Assembly: GCA_963801165.1 (NCBI GenBank)
Contig: CAWDDT010000004.1
Span: 224,001 to 288,000 of the forward strand
DNA from: an uncultured bacterium
GTDB lineage: Bacteria > Actinomycetota > Acidimicrobiia > Spongiisociales > UBA5794
DNA length: 64,000 nucleotides
Direction: 5' to 3'
Each line of letters starts with the position of its first letter. The stretch's first letter is position 1. Under the pieces are notes generated by a model. It did no database searches. It worked only from the letters and a program-made list of their open reading frames with translations, and had not been told where the DNA came from. This document shows positions 29,763-38,363 of this stretch, piece after piece. A program made the position numbers and the translations under genes.

Positions 29763-30449
29763 GTGGACGTAAAGACAGTGGAGTACGACTTCACGAGGCG
29801 TGGCGCGGCCGACATGCTGGGCCGGGCCGAGCATTTCTACGAGTTGATGAGCCGTCGGCGCAGCATCAGGGAGTTCGCACCGGACCCGGTGCCCGCTGAA
29901 TTGGTCGAGATGGCCATCCGCACCGCGGCTACCGCCCCTTCTGGTGCCAACCGGCAGCCATGGACGTTCGTGATGGTCGGCGAGCCGGCCATCAAGGCGC
30001 GAATTCGTCGTGCCGTCGAAGACGAGGAGCGAGAGAACTACGACGGAGGCCGCCTGCCGAATTCGTGGCGTGAGGCCATCCGGCCGCTCGCCACGACGGC
30101 GAGCAAGCCATATCTCGAGATCGTGCCCTGGATCGTGGTCCTGTTCGAGCAGCGCTATTCGATCACGCCGGGCGGCGATACCAAGAAGAACTACTACGTG
30201 AAGGAGAGCGTGGGTATTGCCGCCGGGGTCTTTGTCACGGCGCTGCACAACATGGGTCTGGCCACATTGACCCATACCCCGAGCCCGATGGCCTTCCTGA
30301 GCCGGGTATTCGATCGGCCGGAGAATGAGCGTCCGTTTGCCCTGTTCCCGGTCGGCTATCCCGCCGCCGAGTGCCGTGTGCCGGATATCGAGCGCAAGCC
30401 GCTCGAGGATGTGTTGGTACGGTTTCCCGGTGGTCCCGCCGGCGGGTAA
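29763..30449 (+). CDS. Nitroreductase-superfamily protein, iodotyrosine deiodinase-like
   Basis: RRSIREF, TAPSGANRQPW, EERENY, KPYLE, YYVKESVGIA, LTHTPSP. Confidence 0.85.
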   Translation: MDVKTVEYDFTRRGAADMLGRAEHFYELMSRRRSIREFAPDPVPAELVEMAIRTAATAPSGANRQPWTFVMVGEPAIKARIRRAVEDEERENYDGGRLPNSWREAIRPLATTASKPYLEIVPWIVVLFEQRYSITPGGDTKKNYYVKESVGIAAGVFVTALHNMGLATLTHTPSPMAFLSRVFDRPENERPFALFPVGYPAAECRVPDIERKPLEDVLVRFPGGPAGG

Positions 30450-30493
30450 AGGTTTGCTTTGGTCGGCGGGCTCGGCTGCCGATAGGACGATGG

Positions 30494-32062
30494 ATGACTG
30501 CTAGGCGAGAACACACCGCCGCGACCGGGGCCCGGCCCGCTCTAAGTGGCGAGGCAACCGAGTTCTTTGCGCGGGCGAACGCGCCTTTCTTGATCGTCTC
30601 GGCAGATCTCGAGGTCAGAGAGGCGAACCGGGCTGCGGGCGAGCTGATGGGGCTCGGCGCTGGGGATCGTCTCCTTGGCGGGTTCTGGAGTGTCAGCGGC
30701 ACCGCCGTGATGCGGCTGGTCGAGGGAGTGCGGCGTGACGTCGACGTGTCGTCGGTGTCGGCGCGAACCGTCCGAGACCGGCTGGTCGACGTGGACGCCT
30801 TCCTTCTCGATGCAAACGGTGAGGAGCTCGTCGGCTTGATGGTGACCGATCGCTCCAGCGTCGACGAGGCGCAACGGGGTCTCAAGGAGCAGGAGGAGCG
30901 ATACCGGTCGCTCTTCGAGTGGGCTCCGGTCGCGATGAGAGAACAGGATTTCACGGCCGTGGAAGCGTGGCTCGATGAGCTGCGTGCCGCCGGGGTCACC
31001 GATCTGGCTCCGTATCTGGACCAGCATCCTGATGAGGTTCGCCGGGCCATCGGCTCGATCCGAACTACCAGGGTCAATGCCGCCGCGGTCGAGCTGCTCA
31101 AAGCACCGTCGACTCTGGCGGTCTTGCAAGGTTTCCGCGACCATGAGCTGACAACGGAGGTGCTTGACTCGTTCAAGAGCCAGTTCGTGTCAATGTGGGA
31201 ACGGGTTGCCGAACACGAGGCCGATTTCGTCGGGATGGACTACAGCGGTAGCCCTTTCGAATGCCGGCTCCACGCGATCGTTCCGTCGACGAGCCGGGGA
31301 CGCGACATGTCCCGGGTGGTCGCCATCATGCTCGATCTCACCGAGCTGCGGGCGACGACACGTCGTCTCGAGCGTCTTGTCGCCGACAAGAACAGGTTCA
31401 TTGCCAGCGTCAGCCATGAGCTGCGCACACCACTTGCCGCCGTCTTCGGCATGTCCGAGGAGCTGGTCGCTAACTGGGAGCATTTCGAGGCGGAAGAGCT
31501 GCGGGAGCTGGTCGGCATGGTGGCTGCCCAGTCGGCCGAGCTGACCGCCATCGTCGAAGACCTGCTCGTTGCCGCCAACCTCGAGTCCGGGAAAGTTGCG
31601 ATCAACGCAGAAAAGGTCTCGCTCAATACGCTCGCCGGGGCAGCGCTGGCGGATTGCCGGCGATCGTCCCCGGAGCTCGACGTGCCGCCCATAGCCGGAC
31701 CCGAGACGTCGGCGCTCGCCGATGCGATCCGCGTTCGCCAGATCGTTCGGAACCTCCTCACCAATGCCATTCGCTACGGCGGCGACCGCATATGGATGAG
31801 GGTGGGAGCGGACGTACGCCCCTCCAGCGACGGGGTTCGACCGTATCTCGAAGTAGTCGACAACGGCGACGGGATACCTCTCGAGCATCGCGGCTCGATC
31901 TTCGACCCCTACTACCAGGCGGCCGGGAAAGAGAACGTGCTCGGCTCGCTCGGCTTGGGTCTGTCGATCTCCCGTGAGTTGGCGCGGTGCATGGGTGGCG
32001 AACTGACCTACGCCTACGAAGGCGGCCACAGCGTGTTCCGGGTGGAGTTGCCGGGCTCGTAG
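30494..32062 (+). CDS. Orphan cytoplasmic PAS-domain histidine kinase
   Basis: No TM; PAS-like ERYRSLFE; [18 protein letters not shown]. Confidence 0.88.
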   Translation: MTARREHTAATGARPALSGEATEFFARANAPFLIVSADLEVREANRAAGELMGLGAGDRLLGGFWSVSGTAVMRLVEGVRRDVDVSSVSARTVRDRLVDVDAFLLDANGEELVGLMVTDRSSVDEAQRGLKEQEERYRSLFEWAPVAMREQDFTAVEAWLDELRAAGVTDLAPYLDQHPDEVRRAIGSIRTTRVNAAAVELLKAPSTLAVLQGFRDHELTTEVLDSFKSQFVSMWERVAEHEADFVGMDYSGSPFECRLHAIVPSTSRGRDMSRVVAIMLDLTELRATTRRLERLVADKNRFIASVSHELRTPLAAVFGMSEELVANWEHFEAEELRELVGMVAAQSAELTAIVEDLLVAANLESGKVAINAEKVSLNTLAGAALADCRRSSPELDVPPIAGPETSALADAIRVRQIVRNLLTNAIRYGGDRIWMRVGADVRPSSDGVRPYLEVVDNGDGIPLEHRGSIFDPYYQAAGKENVLGSLGLGLSISRELARCMGGELTYAYEGGHSVFRVELPGS

Positions 32063-32138
32063 CGCCACGCCCGGCTCGGGACGTGCGCACGCAGCCGGGT
32101 CTACCATCGGGGCAGCAAACCGAGCTGGAGGCTGCACT

Positions 32139-33578
32139 GTGTTTGATTTCGCCCGGGCCGCGGTCGAGGGTGCCCTGGCCGCCGGAGCTAATTACGCCGA
32201 TGCCAGGGTCGTGCTTTCCAAGAACCAGTCGATCTCCGTTCACAACGCCGAACCGCAGTCGATCGACCAGGCGGAGCGGGCGGGCATTGGCGTCCGTGCC
32301 CTCATCGGGTCGGGGTGGGGCTTCTATGCGACATCCGATCTGACGGCTGCTGCCGCTCGCACCGCGGGGGAGCGCAGCGCCGCAATCGCCAGGGCGTCTA
32401 CGCAAGTGCCCGGTCCGGTGATGCCGCTTGCCGACGTTCCCGTGGTGGACGACTCGTACGAGACGCCCCACGAGATCGACCCGTTCACGGTCCCGGTGTC
32501 CGACAAGGTCGACCTGCTCATCGGTGTCACCAAGACGATGCTCGAGGTCGAGGGAGTCGCCGTGACCACCGGGAACCTCGCCTTCTGGGATACCAACAAG
32601 TGGTTTGTATCCTCCCAGGGTCATCGCATCCATCAGCATTTGATCGAATCGGGTGGGGGCTTCGACGCCACCGCCCTCGGTGACGGGGAGATCCAGCGGC
32701 GTTCCTATCCGCAATCGTTCGGCCAGTTCGAAACCGGTGGGTACGAGACGGTTGAGAAGTGGGACTACCCGGGCAACGCGGGCAGGGTCGCCGAGGAGGC
32801 CGCGGCCCTGCTGGGCGCACCGAGCCTCGAGGAGGGCGAGAAGCAGCTCATCCTGGAAGGGTCGCAGCTGGCGTTGCAGATCCACGAGTCGGTGGGCCAC
32901 GCCATCGAGCTCGACCGCATCCTGGGATGGGAAGCAGCCTTTGCCGGGACTTCGCATCTCGAGCTCGACAAGCTCGGTTCGCATCGTTACGGGTCGCCGC
33001 TCATGAACATCACAGCCGACGCCACGTTGCCCGGGGCGCTCGGGTCCTTCGGCTACGACGACGAGGGCACGGCGGCGCAGTGCGTCGACATCGTCAAGGA
33101 TGGGATCTGGGTCGGGGTTCTGTCGGGCCGTGACTCGGCTTCGATCGTCGGTCTGCCCCCGGGCGGGATGGTGCGCGGCGACGGGTACAACCGGCTTCCG
33201 ATGGTGCGGATGACCAACGTCGGTCTACGACCCGGCGATGCGACGCTCGACGAGATCATCGCCGATACCAAGGACGGTGTCTACATGGCGACGAACCGCT
33301 CCTGGTCGATCGACGACCGGCGTCTCAATTTCCAGTTCGGGTGTGAGATCGCCTGGGAGGTCAAAGACGGCAAGTTGGGCCGGATGCTGAAGAATCCGAC
33401 CTACACCGGGATCACGCCGCAGTTCTGGGGGCAGCTCGACAAGCTGGCCGGCGGTGACGAGCGGGTGCACTGGGGGACCCCCAACTGCGGGAAGGGCCAA
33501 CCGGTGCAGGTTGCCCACACCGGCCACTCGGCGGCACCCGGGCGCTTCGCCAGGGTGAGGGTGGGGGTGCGGGCATGA
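32139..33578 (+). CDS. tldD: TldD-family metalloprotease
   Basis: HESVGH, YDDEG, RMTN, NCGKGQP. Confidence 0.93.
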   Translation: MFDFARAAVEGALAAGANYADARVVLSKNQSISVHNAEPQSIDQAERAGIGVRALIGSGWGFYATSDLTAAAARTAGERSAAIARASTQVPGPVMPLADVPVVDDSYETPHEIDPFTVPVSDKVDLLIGVTKTMLEVEGVAVTTGNLAFWDTNKWFVSSQGHRIHQHLIESGGGFDATALGDGEIQRRSYPQSFGQFETGGYETVEKWDYPGNAGRVAEEAAALLGAPSLEEGEKQLILEGSQLALQIHESVGHAIELDRILGWEAAFAGTSHLELDKLGSHRYGSPLMNITADATLPGALGSFGYDDEGTAAQCVDIVKDGIWVGVLSGRDSASIVGLPPGGMVRGDGYNRLPMVRMTNVGLRPGDATLDEIIADTKDGVYMATNRSWSIDDRRLNFQFGCEIAWEVKDGKLGRMLKNPTYTGITPQFWGQLDKLAGGDERVHWGTPNCGKGQPVQVAHTGHSAAPGRFARVRVGVRA

Positions 33579-34900
33579 ATCGAACCGTAGAGCTTGCCGG
33601 TCACGTCCTCGAGAAGGTCAACGACCGCGCCGAGGCAGAGGTGGTGGTCACCGGTGGTGCTTCGGCGCTCACTCGCTTCGCCAACTCGTTCATTCACCAG
33701 AACGTCGCCGAGGAAGGCTATGCGGTATCGCTGCGTGTAGCCGTCGACGGGCGGGTGAACTCCGCGACGACGACCCGGCTCGACAACATCGACGAGTTCG
33801 TTGATACCACGATCGAGGTCGCCTCGCTGCAACGGGTTGACGAGAGTTGGCCGGGGCTCACCGCACCGGTCGACGTCACCGATCCCATGCATTACGACGA
33901 GGAGACGGCAGCAGCAGGCCCCGAAGTGCGAGCCGCCGCCGTGGCCGAGTTTGTCGCGGCAGGGCCAGACATGCGAGCCGCCGGTTACTACGAGACGGTC
34001 GGCCAGTCGGTGGCGTTCGTCAACACCGCCGGACATCGTGCCTATGGCCGCTACACCCGAGCCTCGCTGGATGGAATCCAGCAGCTCAATAGAGCCGCCG
34101 GTTCCGGTCATGCGACCTCGGACCGGATCGAGGCCATCGACGGTCGTGGTGTGGGGGCACTTGCCGCCGATCGTGCCAGACGCGGGTTGGACGCGTTTGA
34201 TGTGAAACCAGGGGAGTACGAGGTGGTGCTGGCGCCAGAGTGCGTCGGCACGATCGGGATCTTCCTGGCGTTCTACGGCTTCAACGGCAAGACGCACGCC
34301 GAGGGCCAATCGTTCGTGGAGTTGGGAAAGACGCAGCTCGACACTTCCGTCAACCTCTACGACGATGCCACTGATCCCCGTGCGCTCGGGGTCGGTTTCG
34401 ATGCAGAAGGCACACCGGGACAGCGACTCGATCTCGTCGTCGACGGCGTGTGTCGCGCTCTCGCCCACGATCGTAGGACCGCGGCCAGGGCGGGCACCCA
34501 CTCAACCGGGCACGGCGACCCCGGGTCGGACCAATGGGGGCCGATCCCGACTCACATGTTCCTCGAGGAGGGGGAGACGTCGGTCGAGGACATGATTGCA
34601 TCGGTAGAGCGCGGTCTGTACGTGTCCACCTTCAACTACTGCCGTGTTCTCGACCCGAAGGCGCTGACCGTGACCGGGTTGACCAGGAACGGCACGTTCA
34701 TGATCGAGAACGGGAAGATCACCGGCGCCGTCACCAATCTGCGCTTCACGCAATCGTTTGTCGATGCGCTGTCGCAGGGACGGATCCATGCCATCGGCAA
34801 CGATGCCCGCTTCGCCGACTCCGAGTTCGGCCCCGGCATGCTGTATGTGCCCAGCCTCCACCTGGAGAGCTGGAACTTCACCGGCGGCGCCTCCGGATAG
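33575..34900 (+). CDS. pmbA: TldE/PmbA-family partner subunit
   Basis: TRFANS.IHQN, FDAEG, TGLTRNG; lacks HExxxH; coupled to tldD. Confidence 0.88.
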   Translation: MNRTVELAGHVLEKVNDRAEAEVVVTGGASALTRFANSFIHQNVAEEGYAVSLRVAVDGRVNSATTTRLDNIDEFVDTTIEVASLQRVDESWPGLTAPVDVTDPMHYDEETAAAGPEVRAAAVAEFVAAGPDMRAAGYYETVGQSVAFVNTAGHRAYGRYTRASLDGIQQLNRAAGSGHATSDRIEAIDGRGVGALAADRARRGLDAFDVKPGEYEVVLAPECVGTIGIFLAFYGFNGKTHAEGQSFVELGKTQLDTSVNLYDDATDPRALGVGFDAEGTPGQRLDLVVDGVCRALAHDRRTAARAGTHSTGHGDPGSDQWGPIPTHMFLEEGETSVEDMIASVERGLYVSTFNYCRVLDPKALTVTGLTRNGTFMIENGKITGAVTNLRFTQSFVDALSQGRIHAIGNDARFADSEFGPGMLYVPSLHLESWNFTGGASG

Positions 34901-34905
34901 TGGGC

Positions 34906-35130
34906 ATGTGGAACAAGGACAAGCTCGTCCCGATCGCCGAGTTCGCCAGCCGCGACGCGGCCGAGGAGGCCTGGGGTGTGCTCGAGGAAGCCGGCATTCC
35001 GGCCAACGTACTCACCGAGCCCGGTGCGTTCGGTAGCAAGGTGCGGCACCGAATCGAGGTCGAGCGGCCAAACGTCGCCCTTGCACAGCTGCTGCTAGCC
35101 CATCTGGTCAGACGGGAGCGCGGCGATTAG
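34906..35130 (+). CDS. Small DUF2007-like (putative signal-transducing) protein
   Basis: A....LEEAGIP....V......A..LL pattern, 74 aa. Confidence 0.6.
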   Translation: MWNKDKLVPIAEFASRDAAEEAWGVLEEAGIPANVLTEPGAFGSKVRHRIEVERPNVALAQLLLAHLVRRERGD

Positions 35131-35153
35131 CCGGGAAACCGCGGGTGTACCAG

Positions 35154-35221
35154 CGAACCTGAGCCGACCGAACCTGAGCCGACCGAACCTGAGCCGACCG
35201 AACCTGAGCCGACGGCTCAGG
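35154..35221. repeat. 15-bp tandem repeat CGAACCTGAGCCGAC x4 ending in the hairpin CCTGAGCC-gac-GGCTCAGG
   Basis: Read directly; lies between convergent genes and overlaps the trxA stop. Confidence 0.9.
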
Positions 35222-35666
35222 CGTGATCATGCTCGCGATCGTGGTCATGCTCATGATCGTGCTCATGCTCATGTTCATGGTCATGGTCGTGCTCATGGTC
35301 ATGGTCGTGCTCGTGGTCTTCGATCTCTTTGCGGACGGCGTCCATGTCGAGCGCCTTCGTCTGGTTGATCAGGTCTTCGAGCGCGTTCCCGGGAAGAGCG
35401 CCGGGTTGCGAGAAGATGCCGATTTGATCACGGAAGATCATCAGGGTTGGGATCGAGCGAATCTGGAAGTAGCCGGCAAGCTCCTGCTCGGCCTCGGTGT
35501 CGACCTTGGCGAAGACGACCCCGTCATGGTTCTCGGAGATCTTCTCGTACGTTGGGGCGAACATCTTGCACGGTCCGCACCATTCGGCCCAGAAATCGAC
35601 GAGCACGATGTCGTTGTTGAGGATGGTCTCTTCGAATGTGTCTTTTGTCAGATTGACGGTTGCCAT
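35217..35666 (-). CDS. trxA: Thioredoxin with a C-terminal His/Asp/Glu-rich tail
   Basis: WAEWCGPC, SIPTL; (H[ED])n tail. Confidence 0.95.
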   Translation of the reverse strand: MATVNLTKDTFEETILNNDIVLVDFWAEWCGPCKMFAPTYEKISENHDGVVFAKVDTEAEQELAGYFQIRSIPTLMIFRDQIGIFSQPGALPGNALEDLINQTKALDMDAVRKEIEDHEHDHDHEHDHDHEHEHEHDHEHDHDREHDHA

Positions 35667-35703
35667 TGGTCCACTCCGGTTGATTGTCTACGGATCCAGC
35701 AAA

Positions 35704-35729
35704 AACGCATACAGCTACTCGAATATTCC
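35704..35729 (-). promoter_or_regulatory. sigmaR/sigmaH-type promoter for thioredoxin
   Basis: Minus strand GGAAT-N18-GTT, exact match to the actinobacterial thiol-stress consensus. Confidence 0.8.
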
Positions 35730-35803
35730 CCCGGTTGGCGCGATTTCTCGCCGAGCGGCTCGATAGGTCGGGTGTAACCAACGCCCTCCTAGACTCCTGC
35801 GCT

Positions 35804-36451
35804 GTGCCTGGATCCGAGTTACTCGTTCAACTTAGCGGCGTTTCCGCACGCATCGGAATGGCGACGATTCTGCGCAACGTCGACTTATCCGTCGCCGCCG
35901 GTGAGTCCGTCGGGCTGTTCGGGGCCAATGGCGCGGGCAAGACCACCCTGCTGCGGGTGATCGGCACCCTGCTGCGACCCAGCTCGGGCCGGGCTCTTGT
36001 CCTAGGTGCCGACCTCGACGGTTGGGAGCGATTCGACATCCGTCCCCGGCTCGGTCTGATCGGGCACACTCCCGCCTTGTACCCGGAGCTGAGCTTGCTG
36101 GCCAACCTGGAGTTCTCCGCCAGGATCACCGGAGCCCCCATGGAGGAGGCGGGGCGGGCCCTCGAGGCGGTTGGGCTGGGTGCGGCCGCACAGCGTCTCG
36201 CCGGCGAGGCGTCGTTTGGGATGCAGCGCCGGGTCGAGTTCGCCAGGGAGATCATGCTCTCCCCCGATCTGTTGCTGCTCGACGAGCCGCATTCCGCGCT
36301 CGATCCGAGTGCCGTCGAGCTGGTAGAGCACATTGTTGCCGGTGTCCTGGAACGCTCCGGAGCGGTCGTCCTCGCGTCGCACGATGTCGGCCGGGTCGCC
36401 TCGATGGTGACCAGAACCGCAGAGCTGACGGGGGGATCGCTCGATGCCTGA
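35804..36451 (+). CDS. ccmA: Heme exporter ATPase CcmA
   Basis: GANGAGKTT, LLDEPH; first gene of the ccm cluster; TAGACT 8 nt before the GTG. Confidence 0.88.
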   Translation: MPGSELLVQLSGVSARIGMATILRNVDLSVAAGESVGLFGANGAGKTTLLRVIGTLLRPSSGRALVLGADLDGWERFDIRPRLGLIGHTPALYPELSLLANLEFSARITGAPMEEAGRALEAVGLGAAAQRLAGEASFGMQRRVEFAREIMLSPDLLLLDEPHSALDPSAVELVEHIVAGVLERSGAVVLASHDVGRVASMVTRTAELTGGSLDA

Positions 36452-37112
36452 CCGATTCTGGCACCAGACCGCCGCCATTGCCCGGCGTGACCTCGATCGG
36501 GAGCGCCGCTCCGGTGAGGTGGCCTGGATCACGATCCCGTTCGGGGCGATAGCGCTTCTGCTGGTGCCACTTGCGGTCGGGATCAATCAAGACGTGCTCA
36601 GCCGGATCGGGACCGGCATGCTCTTCGTCGTCGTCATGCTGTTCGGGGTGCTGACCGCGGTGCGGCGCACCAACATGGAGACACCGGCGCAGCGGGATGC
36701 GATTGCCCTGCTCGGTGTCGACCCTGTCGCAGAGTTCGCCGGCAAGGCGATGGCTTCGGCGGTCCTGCTGCTTGTTTTCGAGGTGCTCATGGGTGTCGTC
36801 GCTCTGACCCTGTACGGGCTCGACATCTCCGAGTGGGGGTGGATGACGCTCGTCCTGCCGCTCACCGCCATCGGCCTCGCCGAGCTGGGTACGATCTCCG
36901 GAGCCATCGCCACCAGTATCAACGCCGGTCCGGCGCTCGTCCCACTGCTGGTCACGCCGCTGGCGATACCGCTGTTGCTCGGTGCGACTCAGACCGTCGA
37001 ACTAGGCCGTGACGGGGGTAATCTGTCGTGGTTGCTGTTGATGGCCGCCGTAGTGCTGTCCCTGGCGATCGTCGGAGTGCTGACGGCGCGACCCTTACAG
37101 GAGACTCGATGA
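36444..37112 (+). CDS. ccmB: Heme exporter protein CcmB
   Basis: Six TMs, RRDL..E.RS, PLLVTPLAIPLL. Confidence 0.85.
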   Translation: MPDRFWHQTAAIARRDLDRERRSGEVAWITIPFGAIALLLVPLAVGINQDVLSRIGTGMLFVVVMLFGVLTAVRRTNMETPAQRDAIALLGVDPVAEFAGKAMASAVLLLVFEVLMGVVALTLYGLDISEWGWMTLVLPLTAIGLAELGTISGAIATSINAGPALVPLLVTPLAIPLLLGATQTVELGRDGGNLSWLLLMAAVVLSLAIVGVLTARPLQETR

Positions 37113-37834
37113 CATCCCGCATACGATCCCACTGGCTCGACGTTGCCGCCGCCGTCGCCGTCATCGTCGGGTTCGTTTTCGCGGTCGCCAGTCCCCGTAT
37201 CGCCACCCAGGGCGATGCCGCCCGCATGCTGTTTGTGCACGTACCGTCCATCTGGTTGGCCTATCTCTCCTTCACCGTCACCTTCATCGCCAGCGTCGCC
37301 TACCTGTTTACGAGGAAATTGCACTGGGACCTCATCGCCGGATCCTCGGGTGAGATCGGGGTGGCGTTCACTTCGGTTGCCGTCATCGGCGGGATGATCT
37401 GGGGCAAGGCCACCTGGAACGTGTATTGGACCTGGGATGCGCGGCTCACCCTCACCGCCATCATGCTGTTCGTGTACATCGGGTATCTGGCCTTGCGCCG
37501 GGCCATCCCCGACCCGGAAGCGCGGGCTCGCCGCTCGGCGGTGCTGGGGATCGTCGGGCTGGTACAGCTGATCCCGGTGCATTTCTCCGTCACGTGGTGG
37601 CGGACGCTGCACCAGACGAACACCTTCCGTCCCCGCGACATCCAGATGGACGGTCCGATCCTGGCGGCATTGCTCGTCTCGGTGGGTGCGTTCACCGTCG
37701 TGTACGTCGCCTTGCTGCGGCACCGGTACGAGCTGGCCCGTCTCGAGGTGGAGGCGCTCGAGGTTGCGGTCGCCGTCTCCGGGCCCGTTGCCGGCGATGC
37801 GGTCACGGCGCCGACAATCGGGTCGGGTGGCTGA
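37109..37834 (+). CDS. ccmC: Heme exporter protein CcmC
   Basis: HVP, WGKATWNVYWTWDARLT (WWD domain), WWRTLHQ. Confidence 0.95.
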   Translation: MTSRIRSHWLDVAAAVAVIVGFVFAVASPRIATQGDAARMLFVHVPSIWLAYLSFTVTFIASVAYLFTRKLHWDLIAGSSGEIGVAFTSVAVIGGMIWGKATWNVYWTWDARLTLTAIMLFVYIGYLALRRAIPDPEARARRSAVLGIVGLVQLIPVHFSVTWWRTLHQTNTFRPRDIQMDGPILAALLVSVGAFTVVYVALLRHRYELARLEVEALEVAVAVSGPVAGDAVTAPTIGSGG

Positions 37835-37947
37835 TGCGGTACGTAGTCATCGGATATCTGCTCACCTACGGAACACTCATCGGCTACACGCTGTGGCTGG
37901 CGCGGCGATTGCAGGCGGCCCACAAGAGGCTGGGCGACCGGACGTGA
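37834..37947 (+). CDS. ccmD: CcmD-like small membrane protein
   Basis: 37 aa, YV..GY..T TM followed by a basic tail; coupled between ccmC and ccmE. Confidence 0.75.
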   Translation: MRYVVIGYLLTYGTLIGYTLWLARRLQAAHKRLGDRT

Positions 37948-38363
37948 TACGCCGCTACTGGAAGTTCCTCGTCCCCGCTGTTCTCATCCTGGGAGTCATC
38001 GTCGTCCTGCTGATCAACCTGTCCAGCAATCTCGTCTACTTCCGCACCCCGACCGAGCTCCACCAGGACGTGACCGCATCCAACCAGCGGCTCCGTCTCG
38101 GGGGCCAGGTCGTCGCCGGCACCGTGACCCGCGACGGGGCCACTTTGTTTCTCACCGTCACCGACGGTCGCGAGTCGCTCGACGTCGTGCACACTGGCGT
38201 TGTTCCCCAGCTCTTCGACGAGGGGCAAGGCGTCATCGTCGAGGGAACCTGGGACGGTTCGATCTTCCACTCGGACATGATGCTGATCCGACATGACGAG
38301 CAGTACCGCACCGAGGACAACCAGATCTACGACGACGTCAAACACGAGCTAGCACAGCCGTGA
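37944..38363 (+). CDS. ccmE: Heme chaperone CcmE
   Basis: YFRTP, LRLGG.V, P.LF.EGQGVIVEG, HDEQY (HxxxY). Confidence 0.93.
   Translation: MIRRYWKFLVPAVLILGVIVVLLINLSSNLVYFRTPTELHQDVTASNQRLRLGGQVVAGTVTRDGATLFLTVTDGRESLDVVHTGVVPQLFDEGQGVIVEGTWDGSIFHSDMMLIRHDEQYRTEDNQIYDDVKHELAQP

Noticed and set aside
29404-34900. Classical RiPP cluster (precursor + flavoenzyme + TldDE)
   Set aside because: There is no YcaO, radical SAM, lanthipeptide synthetase or dedicated exporter. The peptide has an export-type N-terminus, and the flavoenzyme looks IYD-like rather than an azole dehydrogenase.
35154-35213. Possible CRISPR array (also considered for 53101-53218 and 42120-42344)
   Set aside because: The units are contiguous or have identical intervening sequence, there are no unique spacers, and no cas genes are present.
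35223-35777. Plus-strand ORF with a Met/Val-rich hydrophobic N-terminus
   Set aside because: It is the reverse complement of the trxA His-rich tail.
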